The notes below the pieces were generated by a model that saw nothing but the letters and a program-made list of their open reading frames with translations, had not been told where the DNA came from and ran no database searches. The translations under genes were made by a program, and so were the position numbers. 64,000 bases of DNA from Chara braunii (Eukaryota > Plantae > Charophyceae): positions 1,192,332 through 1,256,331 of the forward strand of contig BFEA01000042.1 in assembly GCA_003427395.1 (NCBI GenBank), written 5' to 3'. Below, in pieces: positions 1 to 12,123 of the stretch (the stretch's first letter is position 1; each line of letters opens with the position of its first letter).

Positions 1-5
1 AGTTC

Positions 6-36
6 TCGTATAACTTCGTATAATGTATGCTATACG
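6..36 (+). other. 454 Titanium paired-end linker / partial loxP (library artefact)
   Basis: TCGTATAACTTCGTATAATGTATGCTATACG matches the first 31 nt of the Titanium linker; loxP left arm, spacer and part of the right arm lie at 10-36. Confidence 0.92.
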
Positions 37-1044
37 TCGGGGGGGGCGAGAAGGGAGCTGGAAGGGGGGGACGTGCTAACGTGGCAGGAGGTCGGCCGTC
101 GAAGTGTCAATGATCCTTCCGCCGGTTCACTTACAGGAACCTTGATGTGAGTCGCTTTCTTCAGGTGAAAAGGTTCGATGGACTTCTCACACGTTGCCAG
201 CTGCAGCCCACCGAGGTGGCGGTAATCAAGACAGTTCAGCGGGCCATTCCTTCCATAGGAGGAGCATCCGGCGCGCAGCAGCACGAACGGTGCCACATCA
301 CGCCTACATTCAGTAGGAGAGCAGTAGCAGCTGGCGATGTGCCTTCTTCAAGATCATGGAAGAGGAAAGGCGCCAGCTTGATTGAAGGATGTACCTGGGA
401 ACGATGACAGCCGAGTGCAGTTACATATGCCAGCTTTGGAGATGGTTGGCCATGGTTGCTCGGTAACACGAGGAGGGAGGGTGGGAGCAGAGGTCGAGAA
501 TCTGCTCCGATACCAATGTGACGCACGTGAGGAGGGCACGTGCGGAGATGGTGTGAGAGAGAGAGAGAGAGGGAGAGGAGATGGACACACACATGAAGCA
601 GCAGCTCAATGAAGGTCCAATCCGGCAATGAACGAATGAACGAACAGAATGAATGAACCTCCCGCCCTGGGCCTAGGCCGAAGTGATATACCGGCCTAGG
701 TCCAGGTACGGGATAACCTGGTACCGGACCAGGGTCAGGCCGACGGCCTGAAACTGGTCCGGCCTCACTGCCGGGCCGTAGGGGTACCGCTACAGTCTGG
801 CCAAAGACAAGACGGACAAGTAGAGATCTTATACGAGGATGGTTCTTGGTTGTTTCAGGGAAATATCGCTGCAATCAGGGATAATAACCTGAGAGGGAGT
901 AAATGGGATACCAGACAGGGAAGACAGTTGAGTCACACCTGAAGATATAGCCTTCATCGTCTGTGGTTCGTAGTGGTCACGTCATTTTGGACGGCTCAGT
1001 TGTTTGTTGTGGGACTCACTTAAATCCGAGAAAGACAAGGCTAT

Positions 1045-1402
1045 CTGTCAGTTAATCCTCCTGGAAAGGAGCAACCAATGCTCTGCAGGGGCCCTTTGGC
1101 CTTGATGAAAGGAAGCGTAAAGGTTCGGATGATTTTTTTTTTTTTGTAGATTTGATGGTGGAAAAGCAACCGGACGAAGGACCTTGACAAAAGGAAGTGT
1201 AAAGGGTTCGCTCAACTTCACTGATGCTTTTTTTCTTGTAGATTTGCCGTTGGAAAAGGCGCTGGACTGATGCTCCCGAGAATGAACATGGAGCCAGGGT
1301 CATAAGCTCCTGCTTTTTTTTGTTTTTGTTTTTTTTTTTAACCACCACTACCTCTAATGATCTGATAGTTAATCCTTCCTGAAAGGGAGCAATCAATGCT
1401 AT
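1045..1402 (+). mobile_element. Degenerate LINE 3'-tail module (structured-tail family), internally duplicated
   Basis: ctgtcagttaatcCTCCTggaaAGGAGcaaccaatgc...ccttt/aaaggaagcg; gatttgccg...ctgatgctcccgagaatg..ggagccagggtcataagctcctg then a T-rich run; second partial hairpin at 1363-1402. Confidence 0.75.
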
Positions 1403-1705
1403 CATAGATCGGGTTAGACTAGAGGAGAGGTGGTGTACGCTGAAAGCAAGGGCAGAACAAGGGTATATCCTTCCAACAAGAAAGCAATCAATGCCATTTG
1501 TCTCAGGATCTCAAGGCCATAACGAGGAGAAGCATTGAGTGTAGGTTGCATTGTAAGGGACACTAGACCTGACTTCCGGCTTCTGTTAAAAAAAAAAAAA
1601 GAGTGTTGCTGCTGCAGCAGTAGTTCTTCTGCCGCAGAATTACTTCCGCTGCAGCAGAAGTAATTCTGCTGCAACCGAACTACTGGTGTTGCAACAGGAC
1701 ATCTT

Positions 1706-2115
1706 TTTCTTCTTCTTCTTCTTCTTCTTCTTCTTCTTCTTCTTCTTCTTTGTTTTAGTTAGATGTCGCTCCGTTGCAGCAGCAGTTAAGCTCCTGCAGC
1801 AGAACTAATTCTATTGCAGCAATACTACTGTTGCAGCAGAAGTGCAGCAGGGAAGATTCAAAATTCTGCTGCAATGGAACTACGTCCGCTGCACGTAGTT
1901 CCTTTTTTTTTTTTTTTTTTTTTCCACTGCACGTAGTTCCATTGCAGCATAATTTTGAATTTTCCCTGTTGCAATTCTGCTGCAACAGTAGTATTGCTGC
2001 AATAGAATTAGTTCTGCTGCAGCAGCTGTACTGCTGCTGCAACGGAGCTACGCCTAACTAAGAAGAAGAAGAAGAAGAAGAAGAAGAAAAAGAAGAAGAA
2101 GAAGAAGAAGAAGAA
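1706..2115. repeat. Long fold-back palindrome rich in (T)GCTGCAGC(A), flanked by (TTC)n and (GAA)n
   Basis: Arm 1755-1900 is the near reverse complement of arm 1927-2061 around a central T-run; the microsatellites extend the symmetry. Confidence 0.9.
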
Positions 2116-2609
2116 AGAGAAGAAGTACAGACTTGTATGAAAGAATCTGGCATGCAGCAAGAGAGGAATTGGGAGCATGGGAGCGTTGGAGGACCAGGGG
2201 GCTACAAATGAGGGCAAGAGTCAAGGAGTGGGAGGAACGAGAAAGAATGACTAAATACTTCTTCAGAAAATTCGATAAAAAGGCAGAAGCTCAATAATAG
2301 AACGACTTCAAACATCGGAAGGGCAGGTATCAAAGCTGGAGGAGATGGTTGCAGTGGCTGAACAATTCTATAACACTTTATATACTTCTAGGGAGTCGGA
2401 CCATTCGCAACAGCAGGTGCAAGGAGCCAGATCAAAGTTCTTAGCTCACCTAGAAAGGTCAGTGCCAAGTGCACAGACAATGATGTTAGAAGCCCCACTC
2501 ACTCAGGAAGAGCTGTGGGAAGCACTTAAGTCAATGTCACCCAACAAGACCCCAGGGAAAGATGGATTGACCAGAGAATTCTGGCTTGAATATTGGTCAG
2601 TCCTAGGGA

Positions 2610-2765
2610 AATTTAAATAGGTACTATTCAAGAATTTCTTATATGGATGATTCTATTTATTAGATTATAAATTATCATAAATTTGTATATTATAAATTTG
2701 TATGCAAATACAATGAAATAGATAAGGAATTCCATTAATATTTATCATATTTATTATTTATCTAA
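2610..2765. other. Very AT-rich insertion splitting the LINE RT
   Basis: LINE frame W-S-V-L-G...Y-I-A-Y-L-E-K-S-W is interrupted by ~155 bp of AT-rich sequence. Confidence 0.75.
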
Positions 2766-4723
2766 TATATAGCATACCTAGAAAAGTCTTGGCATGTAGA
2801 GGGGCTAGGCCAGGATCCGGCCACAAGGATTGTCATGTTGTTGTACAAAAGAGGGGATCCTTTAGACATAAGGAATTACAGGCCCATTACCTTACTAACA
2901 CTCACACACAAGATAGTAGCGAGGGCTTTGGCTAAAAGATTGAGTAAGGTTACAGGGAGCTGTTTTCATTTGGATCAGACTGGTTTTATCCCAGACAGGT
3001 TTATACTGGACAACGTTATGACTTTGTCGGAATCAGTTCGCTACATTAAGGATAAAAGAATGAATACAACGATACTGTCCTTCGACTTTGAGAAGGCATA
3101 TGACCAAGTGAATTGAGGTTTCCTCCAACAGTGCATGGAAAGGATGGGGGTCGGACGTAATTTCAGGAAATGGATACAGGTATTATACAATGATGCACAC
3201 AGGCAGGTCCAGGTGAACGGACACCTGTCGCAGAGCTATAGGATGTCGACATTGGTCAGACAAGGGGACCCCTTAGCAGCCCCCATCTTTTTGTTCATTA
3301 TGGAAGCAATGGCATCATTTCTCAGAAAGAATTCTTCCATCCAACGTTTGATAGCTGAACCAGATCAGCAGGGTAGACTGATTCACTTGCCAACGACACT
3401 CCTTGTTGCTGACGCCCTGACGGTGCTTATTCATGCCTCGAGCTCATCCTTCGAGACTCTCACTCGAGCAACGCTTGCTTTCCAGCTGGCATCTGAAATG
3501 AGAATAAATTGGCCCAAGACTATAGGATGGTAGTTGCACTATGGAGAAGGACAGGAGCAGAGACCGGTTCATACCCCGGAAGGAATGCAGTGGTCAACGG
3601 TAGAGGAACCACTACGTTATTTGGGAATTAGGTTAGCAGAAGCAGGGTCTCATCACTCAATGGCTCCAAAGATTTTAGCCAAATTCTGACGAAACTAAGT
3701 ACTTGGGCAGCAATTTATACTTCCTTGTTTGAAAGAGCGCTAATACCAAACGCCTCCATTTTTTCGATGTTGTGGTATGTAGGATCGATTTGGACACCGC
3801 CAAATCAGTCCATTTGTGAGTTAAGAAGAAGGTCAACAACTTTCCTATGGTCAGCAAACCCAAGTAAACAGAACGTCATATCTAAGGTAGCCTAGAAGCA
3901 TGTAATCAAGCTAAAAGAGCAAGGGGGATTGGGTATATTAAACCCGCCGCAGCAGATGAAGGTGTTGCAAACAAAGTGGGTCTTGAAGCTTATCACCCAT
4001 CCTCAACTACCTTGGGTTTCTCTCGCATTAAAGCACATTAGAAGACTGGCTAAGTACAAAACACCAGCCAACATGACAGGGATGTTTTGGGTGATGATTA
4101 AAGGATGGGCAAGGAAAAGTAAGAGTGAAGGCGAACGGACACCGGGGGCAACTGACAAGAGCGATGGCTCTTATTGGGCACAACTCCTCAAGCTTTGGGG
4201 GGACATTTTCCCAGCAAGAGTAAGAGAACCTAGGATCAGAGAGGAGGTTCTCCGTCAACCACTTTTCTGCAATCCTTGGATTAAGGATCACCAAGGCGCG
4301 TACCCTGACAACAAGAGATTCAAAATGGGGAACATGGGTGGAACATGGAGTCTGGCAGGTTAGACATTTATGGTCATATGACAAACAACGATGGAAGACG
4401 GCAAGAGATCTTCGGAACGAGATGAAGGGTACCCACAAATTGCTAGAGAATCTGAATGATGTCCTTATCTCCATATCACCAGGATGGGTAAACCTACTAG
4501 AGAAGGGGTCGAATTGGGAAAAGGGTGATTGGGCCACGTGGTTGCACGAGGATAAATCGGAAATTGCTTTTAAAATAAGGGGTAATACGGGCCCAGGGGA
4601 CGCATGGTTGTTGGCTGATATGTTATCAATAGAAGAAGTAGGGACCACCACCAGTCAATTAGATAAGACATTTTTCTCCCCGATTACAATCTTAAAAAAA
4701 GTAGTACGTAAGGTCAGAGTAGT

Positions 4724-5419
4724 TGTTACATGCCCAGTTGGGTAATGTACATATAAACCAAGGATCCGCAATGTGATGAAAAGGACTGAATGGACAATGC
4801 ATTGCAAGTGAAATCTCAACAAGCAGTGTACATCCTGATACATGCAAAAATGGTGCTTTATAGCCCAGTGGAAGAATTAGATACAAGTCCTGACCTGACC
4901 GGGACTGACCTCCCTCACGTAGTACAAGACAGCGTAGCAGAATGCTAGAATACCAATGACGAGCCCAATCAATGTTGCAATACAGACTAAACATGCATCA
5001 TCTTCATCACGAGGTGTGAAGGAGGCCTGGCGTTACACACAGGAAGAATGCGCCAGGTTCTGATCATGCACAAACGAAGAGGAGGGGAACAGGCGAAGAA
5101 GAGGAGGGGGGAGATGGGAAAGTCGTCAACACCAAGTCTTCGTTAAGAAGTCCCAAATAATCCCTCGTCCAAATGTCTGATGCCCAACATCGAGTCTGGA
5201 TCCAAATGTCACCAAGCTCTCTCTCGTAGTCTGCGGATGCAGTGAAGTCAGATAGCGAGAGGGTGACAGGGAGATGATGGACTGAGAAGAGGAAGAATAA
5301 GAACTCTCTCTCTCTCTCAAGTGCCAGGTACTAACCTGTGAAGTTGGCACTGTGCTGCGGGTACCTCGAAAACGAAGCTGGAGCCATGGCGCTGCAGGTA
5401 AGTCTCCTTGGCCTCCGCC

Positions 5420-5510
<91 letters not shown>

Positions 5511-6133
5511 TCTCCGGTACTACTCTAGCTCCTACTAGCGCCCAGCGCTGAAGACTACTGCTAGCGCCTAGTGCTGAAGACTACTGCTAGCGCTACTACT
5601 ACTCCTTCAGCTCTCCTCCAGAGTGCTTTTGCCGAATCCTAAAGACTACCTCTTGCCTCCTGAACTGCACGTGAAGTGTCTGGGAAGTACCTAGGGCGGG
5701 CCAGTCTTATATAAAGTGCTGGCCTGTCCAGGAGGCTGCTCTTGCCAATGCCGAAACGTGCCAGACCCTGGCGTTGAAGCTCAACCAGGGGTTGTCTTGA
5801 AAACAGGCCCCAAATGGCCTGTGCTAAAACCCTGGTTTGGTGCCTGAGTTTCAGGGCAGGTCCATGAGGGCCTCAAAATGGCGCTCTGTTTCAGGCTGAA
5901 AAGACTCAGGGCCTGGAAGGCCCTGTTTTAGGCTGAAATGACACAGGGCCTGTAGGCCCTTCTTTTCAGGCTTTCAGGCTGAAACGACACAGGGCCTGTA
6001 GGCCCTTGTTTTCAGGCTTTTAGGCTGAAAACGACACAGCGCCTGTAGGCCTTTGTTTTCAGGCTTTTAGGCTGAAAACAACATGGGGCCTGAAAATGGC
6101 CCGTGCAGCCTGTTGCAGGCGCAGCGTGTAACA
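4724..6133. mobile_element. Solo LTR inserted in LINE ORF2
   Basis: TGTTACA...TGTAACA termini with near-TSD GTAGT/GTAGA; the LINE frame KVRVV|ETTTSLEDLEVDP rejoins across it; internal (CT)n, TATA-like box and ~45-bp tandem repeats. Confidence 0.85.
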
Positions 6134-7400
6134 GTAGAGACAACTACGTCTCTAGAAGATTTAGAAGTAGACCCGGCAGAATGGGCATGGAATCTCCAGG
6201 GAGGTTTTCTGCGGGTTCCCAGAAGAGTAAACATACTTCAATATACAACCAAATTGGGGTACAGGCTCAGAAGGAGGTCTAACCCGCTGGCAGAATCACT
6301 GGCTACTCGATGGGAATGGAGGTTGGAAGTACCCAAGGCGCAAGTCTCTAGTCTTCCGCGGTCAGCATTGAATACTATAAGGTTAGGCAGGGTCAAAAGT
6401 CTACAATGGCTGATTTTCCATGTAGCGGTCCCTGTCAACGTTTGGTTGTATGAGCGCAGAGGCCACAATCAGAGGGATCAGATCAACTAGAAGTGCAATC
6501 TGTGTAAGGATGAAGAGACGGAAACCCTGCTTCACTGCCTGCTGCAGTGCCCAGAGGCGGTCTATGAGTGGGAAGTATCCAGGGAACTGTGGCGAAAGAT
6601 TTCAGATGAGGTCTTTCCGGAATACAGGAGGATCCTCCTCACCGGTGTGGAACTTCCAAAGAAATGGCAATTGGGACAAAAAACTTATATAAAAGTTAAA
6701 AAGTAGTGCTACTTTCCCCTCCTTCCCGATCTCCTACACCAATACGGATATGCCAGCTATCTGGAACTGCGATGTAGAATCATCTGTATTAAACTCCTTC
6801 CTCCTCAGAAAAGTAAGAGTCCTAGGCACATGGCCAAAATCAATCTTCAGACCGGACACTGCTATCCGGTTCTTGGAGTTCGACCCTGCCGAATGGGCAT
6901 GGAAGCCAAATATTACCAGTAACATCAAGACAAAAATCCCAATCCGGGATTATACAGTTAAACTTGGTTATAGACTGTCTCTGAAGACTAAAAACCCAGA
7001 CCCCATCATCAAAAACAGATGGCGGAACCTCTTGGGACAGGAAGCGGACAAAATTACACAAATTCACCGGGAAAAATTCAAGCGTATCTGACCAGTTAAG
7101 ATCAGAAGCTTACAATGGCTGATCGTTTATGCAGCATTACCGGTAAACCAATGGCTGCACACCAGACGGAAAGCCACAGATCCTAACAGTTCGGAGCTAT
7201 GTACAGTCTGTACCGAAGGCGTGGTAGAAGATGTAGTTCACTGTCTGGTGCTCTGCAAAGAGGCGACCGAATACTGGCCCAGAGCTTCTTCACTTTGGGA
7301 TTCCCTCTTCTCATCCCCCTTCCCTGAACAACCCACCCAACTGCTCCTCTTGACTAACATCCCTGATATGGCACGAAAGGCAGAGAGGATTTTTTCGAAC

Positions 7401-8747
7401 CATACTTGCGGCGCATCCCGTGCGCGCCAGTTGCGCACGTGCCATGCACTGCGCGTTGCGCACCTGGCGTGTGCACCCTGCGCGCCGCATGGGCAAAATT
7501 CGGGGTCAGCCAAAAAAAAAAAAAGTTGGGGAGGGCGTGAATTGAAGTTCCCACGCCCAGCCAAAATTAGGACATTGCCCGCACAATTTTTTTTCAGGGC
7601 CGCGCCGCCCCAAAACCTAAAGCCTGTGTGTCGTCATGTTCGCTGTACACAACTCCATGCTATCTTCAGTGTATCTGAGCCCTTTCTGAGGTCCAATACG
7701 GTCATGATGAGGACGCATCCGTGGAGCCCTTGCTTTTGTCTCATTCCACGTATAGAAAACGACAGAACTGACAGTTGTGTCTCCTCGGTTCTTTCGCTAC
7801 AAAAAAAAAAAAAAAAGAGAGAGAATGTCCGTGACAAGTTGAAAACCAACAACGTGGCGATGTATCTTTCCATGTTCTAGTGAAAGATTCATTCTAATTT
7901 TGCACAAATTGGAGAGTAGTCGAACCTGCCACCAGAATCCGTTGGGCCTCTGGGCCTCGCTGCACTATTCTCGAGATGCACAACGGACAAAAATCACGGC
8001 GGTGTATCTTTCCATATTCAAGCGGAAGATTCACTCTCGAGGCCCTCTGTCACATGAGGGCTGCAAGTCCAGCTGTAGTCGGGTGCGATGTAAGGGCCTC
8101 GCTCCACTACTCATGCACAAAAGACAAAAAATATGGCGGTGTATCTTTCTATGTTCTAGGAGAAGATTCACTCTCATTTTGCACATTTGGAGAGTGGTGG
8201 AGCGAGGCCCCAGGCTACCGTTGTATGGCCCTCGCTCCACCACTCTCCAAATGTGCAAAATGAGAGTGAATCTTCCGCTACAAGATGGAAAGATACACCG
8301 CCATATTTTAGTCTTTNGTGCATGTGTAGAGCAGTGGAGCGAGGCTGTAAACCGTTTCCAAAATAAGACAAACAAATAAGAAAAAAAAAAGGAAAAGCAA
8401 CGGCCTATAGGGCTGAACAAAACGCCCTCTATCGAGAATCAATAGTGTCCGTCGATACAGGCGTTTTGTTCGGCCCGATAGTGTCAGGGGAATGATGTCT
8501 GGGCACAGCAGACAAACACGCCTGTATCAAGGGCACACACGCACACACACACACAAAAAAAAAAAAAAAAGAAGAAAGTAAGGCATCCGCAGGTGCGCGG
8601 GCATGCGGGTCACTCGGCCGCACCACAGTGCACTGCCAGTGCGCGCTCAGTGCGCGCGGTGCGCACGTGCGCACACATCACCCATGAGCACATGGCACAC
8701 GGCGCAGCGCAGCGCACGGCGCACCAGTTACGTGTGCCGCAAGTATG
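7401..8747. mobile_element. Non-autonomous hAT-like DNA transposon
   Basis: 12-bp TIR CATACTTGCGGC/GCCGCAAGTATG; 8-bp TSD TTTCGAAC/GTTCGAAC; GCGCA-rich subterminal repeats; LINE frame rejoins across it. Confidence 0.85.
7855..8310. repeat. ~140-bp tandem units plus an internal palindrome within the hAT-like element
   Basis: ggcg(g/a)tgtatcttt at about 7857, 7998 and 8135; 8130-8308 is self-complementary. Confidence 0.8.
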
Positions 8748-9869
8748 GTTCGAACTCATCAGGAAAGTGACCCTATGGATCATATGGAAAGAGAGATGCA
8801 GCAGATCAATTGAAGGGCGGTCCAATCCACGGGAGAAGGTGTGGATAGAAACCAGAACAATGATTCAAGCTGAGATTCTTTGCAGATGGCGGAAAGTCAG
8901 ACAAGCCTGGACAGAGGACGAAGAACGGCGAAAGAACGGAAGACTGATTTTCCACAGGAGCTGGTTGATAGACGGCAAGATTGCTGAGATACGAGAGGAC
9001 CGCATTTGCTGGAAAGAGTGGCATAATTCAGTCCCGGAAAAGGGTCCTCAACAACAGACAACGCCAGACAGCACAATCACATCTTGAGACTCTACGGAGG
9101 AGGGCAGTTCCACAGGAGCTCAGACGGTAGGGACTGAAGAGAGATGATAGGGTGAGACAATACGAGGAAGAGGAAGTCAGGATTACAGCCCAGGACAGGT
9201 TCTTATAATGGCCTCGGGAGATGGAACAGCAGGTGACAACACAGGAGTGGAAACGCGGCATAGGCCTAAAAAGAATACGGGCTGCATGAATATTAATGGG
9301 GGCCTCAGAGCAGGATCCTATAGCGAAGGACTGCCAATAAATGAAGTCTCGTCAACTCCCACTTTCGTTTTGGGGATCAACGTGCAAGGAGACCTAGTCC
9401 AAGAAACAGGAGTACGGGAGCAAGTTCGACCCAAACGATGGGGAAAAGGGGCATGCTGTCTAAGGGTTTAGGGTTTAAGGCACCAATGGAGGAAGGACTG
9501 ATAAAATGGATCACGAGCAGGACATTGTAAGGGGACAGACACAGGTCGACAGGGACAATGATTGAGCTCTTTCTAGGGGACATATCATTATCTGGCAGAT
9601 CTGCTCGCCAGGTCTGAGAGGAAAGAGAGGGTCAGGGCAAGCTGACAGTCAATCCTCCACTGAGGTGGAGCAATCAATACTGCTCAGGGGTCCTTTGGCC
9701 TGAACGGAAGAAAGCGTGCGTGTGTTCTGTCTCATGTATTGTATATTTTGACTTGCCGGTGGAATAGGAACCGGACTGACGCTCCCCAGAATAGAAGGAG
9801 CCAGGACCATAAGGCCCTGTTTTGTTCAAAAAAAAAAAAAAAAAGTTAAAAAGTAAAAAAAGTAAACAA

Positions 9870-12050
9870 AGGGGCATGGTGCTGCTTCGACTCTGGAGGA
9901 GAATTTGTCCCACCAGGATCAACAGACCAAAGTCGAAAGATGAAATACTCAGACAACCGCTATTTGGTAATGAATGGATAACGAACGAGGCCAACAATCC
10001 GATATATATGGAACAAAAATGGCTGTCATGGGTCAAGAATGGGATCTGGAAGATAGACCACTTGTGGAAGGAGGATAAAAAAGACTGGGCTACAGAGCAA
10101 GAGGTTAATGCACAACTGAAAGGATGCCACAGGAGAGAAACCAACTTGCAGTACCTAATTAGCCGTATCCCGCAAGAATGGAAGGACATCCTTGCCAAGG
10201 ACGAGCCGTGGAGAGCCGGGGACTGGGGCCTCTTGATCCAAGACACCCCTCCTACTAGAGCCTACCAATTTTCCCACATGCAGCGTGATTCACCCACCAA
10301 CGCCGTCTTCCATTCCTTCCCGATATCCACCACGGGCTCAGATATGCCAGCCATCCATAATCGGGAAGTCGAACGCTCCACACTAGAGTTTTTTCTCCTC
10401 AGGAAGGTCAGGGTCATAGGCACATGGCCGAAGTCGATTTTTAGACCAGATACGGCTATCCGAGCCTTAGAATTTGACCCGGAAGAGTGGGCTTGGACCT
10501 CAGGCAGCAATCGGAGTGTCAAGACGAAAACTCCGGTTCAAGACTATACCGTTAAATTTGGGTACGGACTACTACTGAAGACCAAAGACCCAGACCCCAT
10601 TATCTTAAACAGATGGCGACAGCTGGTGGGACAGGAAGCCGACAAAATCCAACAGATCCCATGGAAAAAATATGCACATATCAGACCAGTTAAGATCAGA
10701 AGTCTGCAGTGGTTGATAGCGTATGCTGCCTTACCAGTGAACCAGTGGCTGCACACTAGGCGTAAAGCTACTAATCCGGATAGCTCGGAGATATGTACAG
10801 TCTGCTCGGCAGGAGCGGTAGAGGACATAGTTCACTGCTTGGTGCACTGTGTGGAGGCGACAGATTACCGGGCGAGAGCCTCTTCCCTGTGGGACTCCCT
10901 CTTCTCTTCCCCTTTCCCTGAACAACCCATCCAACTACTACTCCTCACTAACATCCCTACGATGACTCGGAGGGCGGAATCGAATTGGTTTGAACTCATC
11001 AGGAAGGTGACCCTATGGGTGATCTGGAAGGAGAGATGTAGCAGATCAATTGAAGGACTATCAAATCCAAGGGACAAGGTATGGAAAGAGTCCAAGTCGA
11101 TTATCCAAGCAGAGATATTGTGCAGATGGAGGAGAATAAAGCTGAAATGGCCCGAGGACGAAGAGCAGCGAAAGAAAGTGAGATCGAAATTTAGCAGCAA
11201 CTGGCTGATTAGCGGTAAAGTGGCCGAGATCCAGGAAGACCGGGTGAGCTGGAAGGACTGGCACAACTCAATTCCGGATAGGATTGTAGCTCCCACAGGG
11301 TCTACCTGCCTTGTCACCTCAGCCGTTCGCCACAATCCAGCACGGGCCGCTTGTGGCTCTAGAGGAAGAAAGGGGAGCGAAACTGCGTTCGTCAGTAAGA
11401 ACCATCCGAGCCAACGGGAAGTGCCGCAGATCGGAAAAAAAAAAAAAAAAAAGGGGGAAAGGAGGGCTGGGATCAAAGAGGGTGCAGAGTGGGGAGGGTC
11501 TCATAGAGAACTGACGGCAGTATGGGGATACAGAGAGATCCGGTCGACACATCACTGGAAGGCGGAAGCAAGGGGGGAAAAGTTATTATTTAAAGCATCC
11601 AAACAAGGGTAGGGTTTAGGGTTTAGGGTTTAGAGTTCAACAGAACTCAGAGGATGGGGGAGAGTAGCTGGATCTAAGGAAATCACAGCAAGTAAGGGCG
11701 GGTTGGGGATGAGGGACAGCATGAGTGGGCAACAGCATGGGAGGAACTCTTTCTAGGTATAACAGATAAATCTGGCAGGACTGCAACAGTAGATCTGAGA
11801 GGGAAGAGCGACTCTGGGCAAGCTGACAGTCAATCCTCCACCCAAGTGGAGCAATCAATGCTGTTCAGGGGTCCTCCGGCCAGATGGGAGGAAGCGTGAG
11901 TTGGTTGCTGTGATGTATCATACTTTGACTTGCCGGTGGAATAGGAACCGGACTGTCGCTCCCCAGAATGGAAGGAGTCCGGACCATAAGGCCCTGTTTC
12001 TAGGTAAAAAAAAAAAAAAAGAAAAAAAAAAAGAAAAAAAAAAAAAAGAA
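9870..12050 (+). mobile_element. LINE subfamily A, 5'-truncated; open ORF2 C-terminal half, structured tail and poly(A)
   Basis: Uninterrupted frame with RQPLFGNEW, GDWG, DPEEWAW, CTVC...HCLVHC, LWVIWKERC; (TAGGGTT)n at 11606-11636; tail at 11747-11996. Confidence 0.93.
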
Positions 12051-12123
12051 GTAAACAAAGGTAAACAAGCACGAGGAAGGAGAAACAGAAGAAAGAATGT
12101 AAAAAAGTAAAAAAGTAAAAAAA

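Larger units (their letters stand above)
2140..6690 (+). mobile_element. Degenerate L1/Tx1-like LINE ORF2, subfamily B (RT and C-terminal CCHC), 5'-truncated and interrupted
   Basis: KTPGKDG, NYRPITLL, DQTGF, FDFEKAYD, VRQGDPL and RQPLFCN motifs across ORFs at 2345, 2835, 3135, 3929, 4338 and 6083; multiple stops and frameshifts. Confidence 0.93.
6705..9845 (+). mobile_element. LINE subfamily A, 5'-truncated, with CCHC region, 3' UTR, structured tail and poly(A)
   Basis: KVRVLGTWPKSIFRPD, DPAEWAW, C..C...HCLVLC, WFELIRKVTLWIIWKERC; tail at 9567-9819; A-run at 9828-9844. Confidence 0.9.

Noticed and set aside
10-36. Natural loxP site or phage P1 transfer
   Set aside because: Incomplete right arm and preceded by TCGT exactly as in the 454 Titanium linker.
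5890-6090. CRISPR-like repeat array
   Set aside because: Tandem minisatellite inside an LTR with no unique spacers, in a eukaryotic context.
9461-9822. Antisense telomerase RNA (CCCTAAA template plus structure)
   Set aside because: The module is multi-copy, polarised with the LINE ORF and poly(A), and no plant telomerase RNA conserved motifs or type-3 promoter were recognised.
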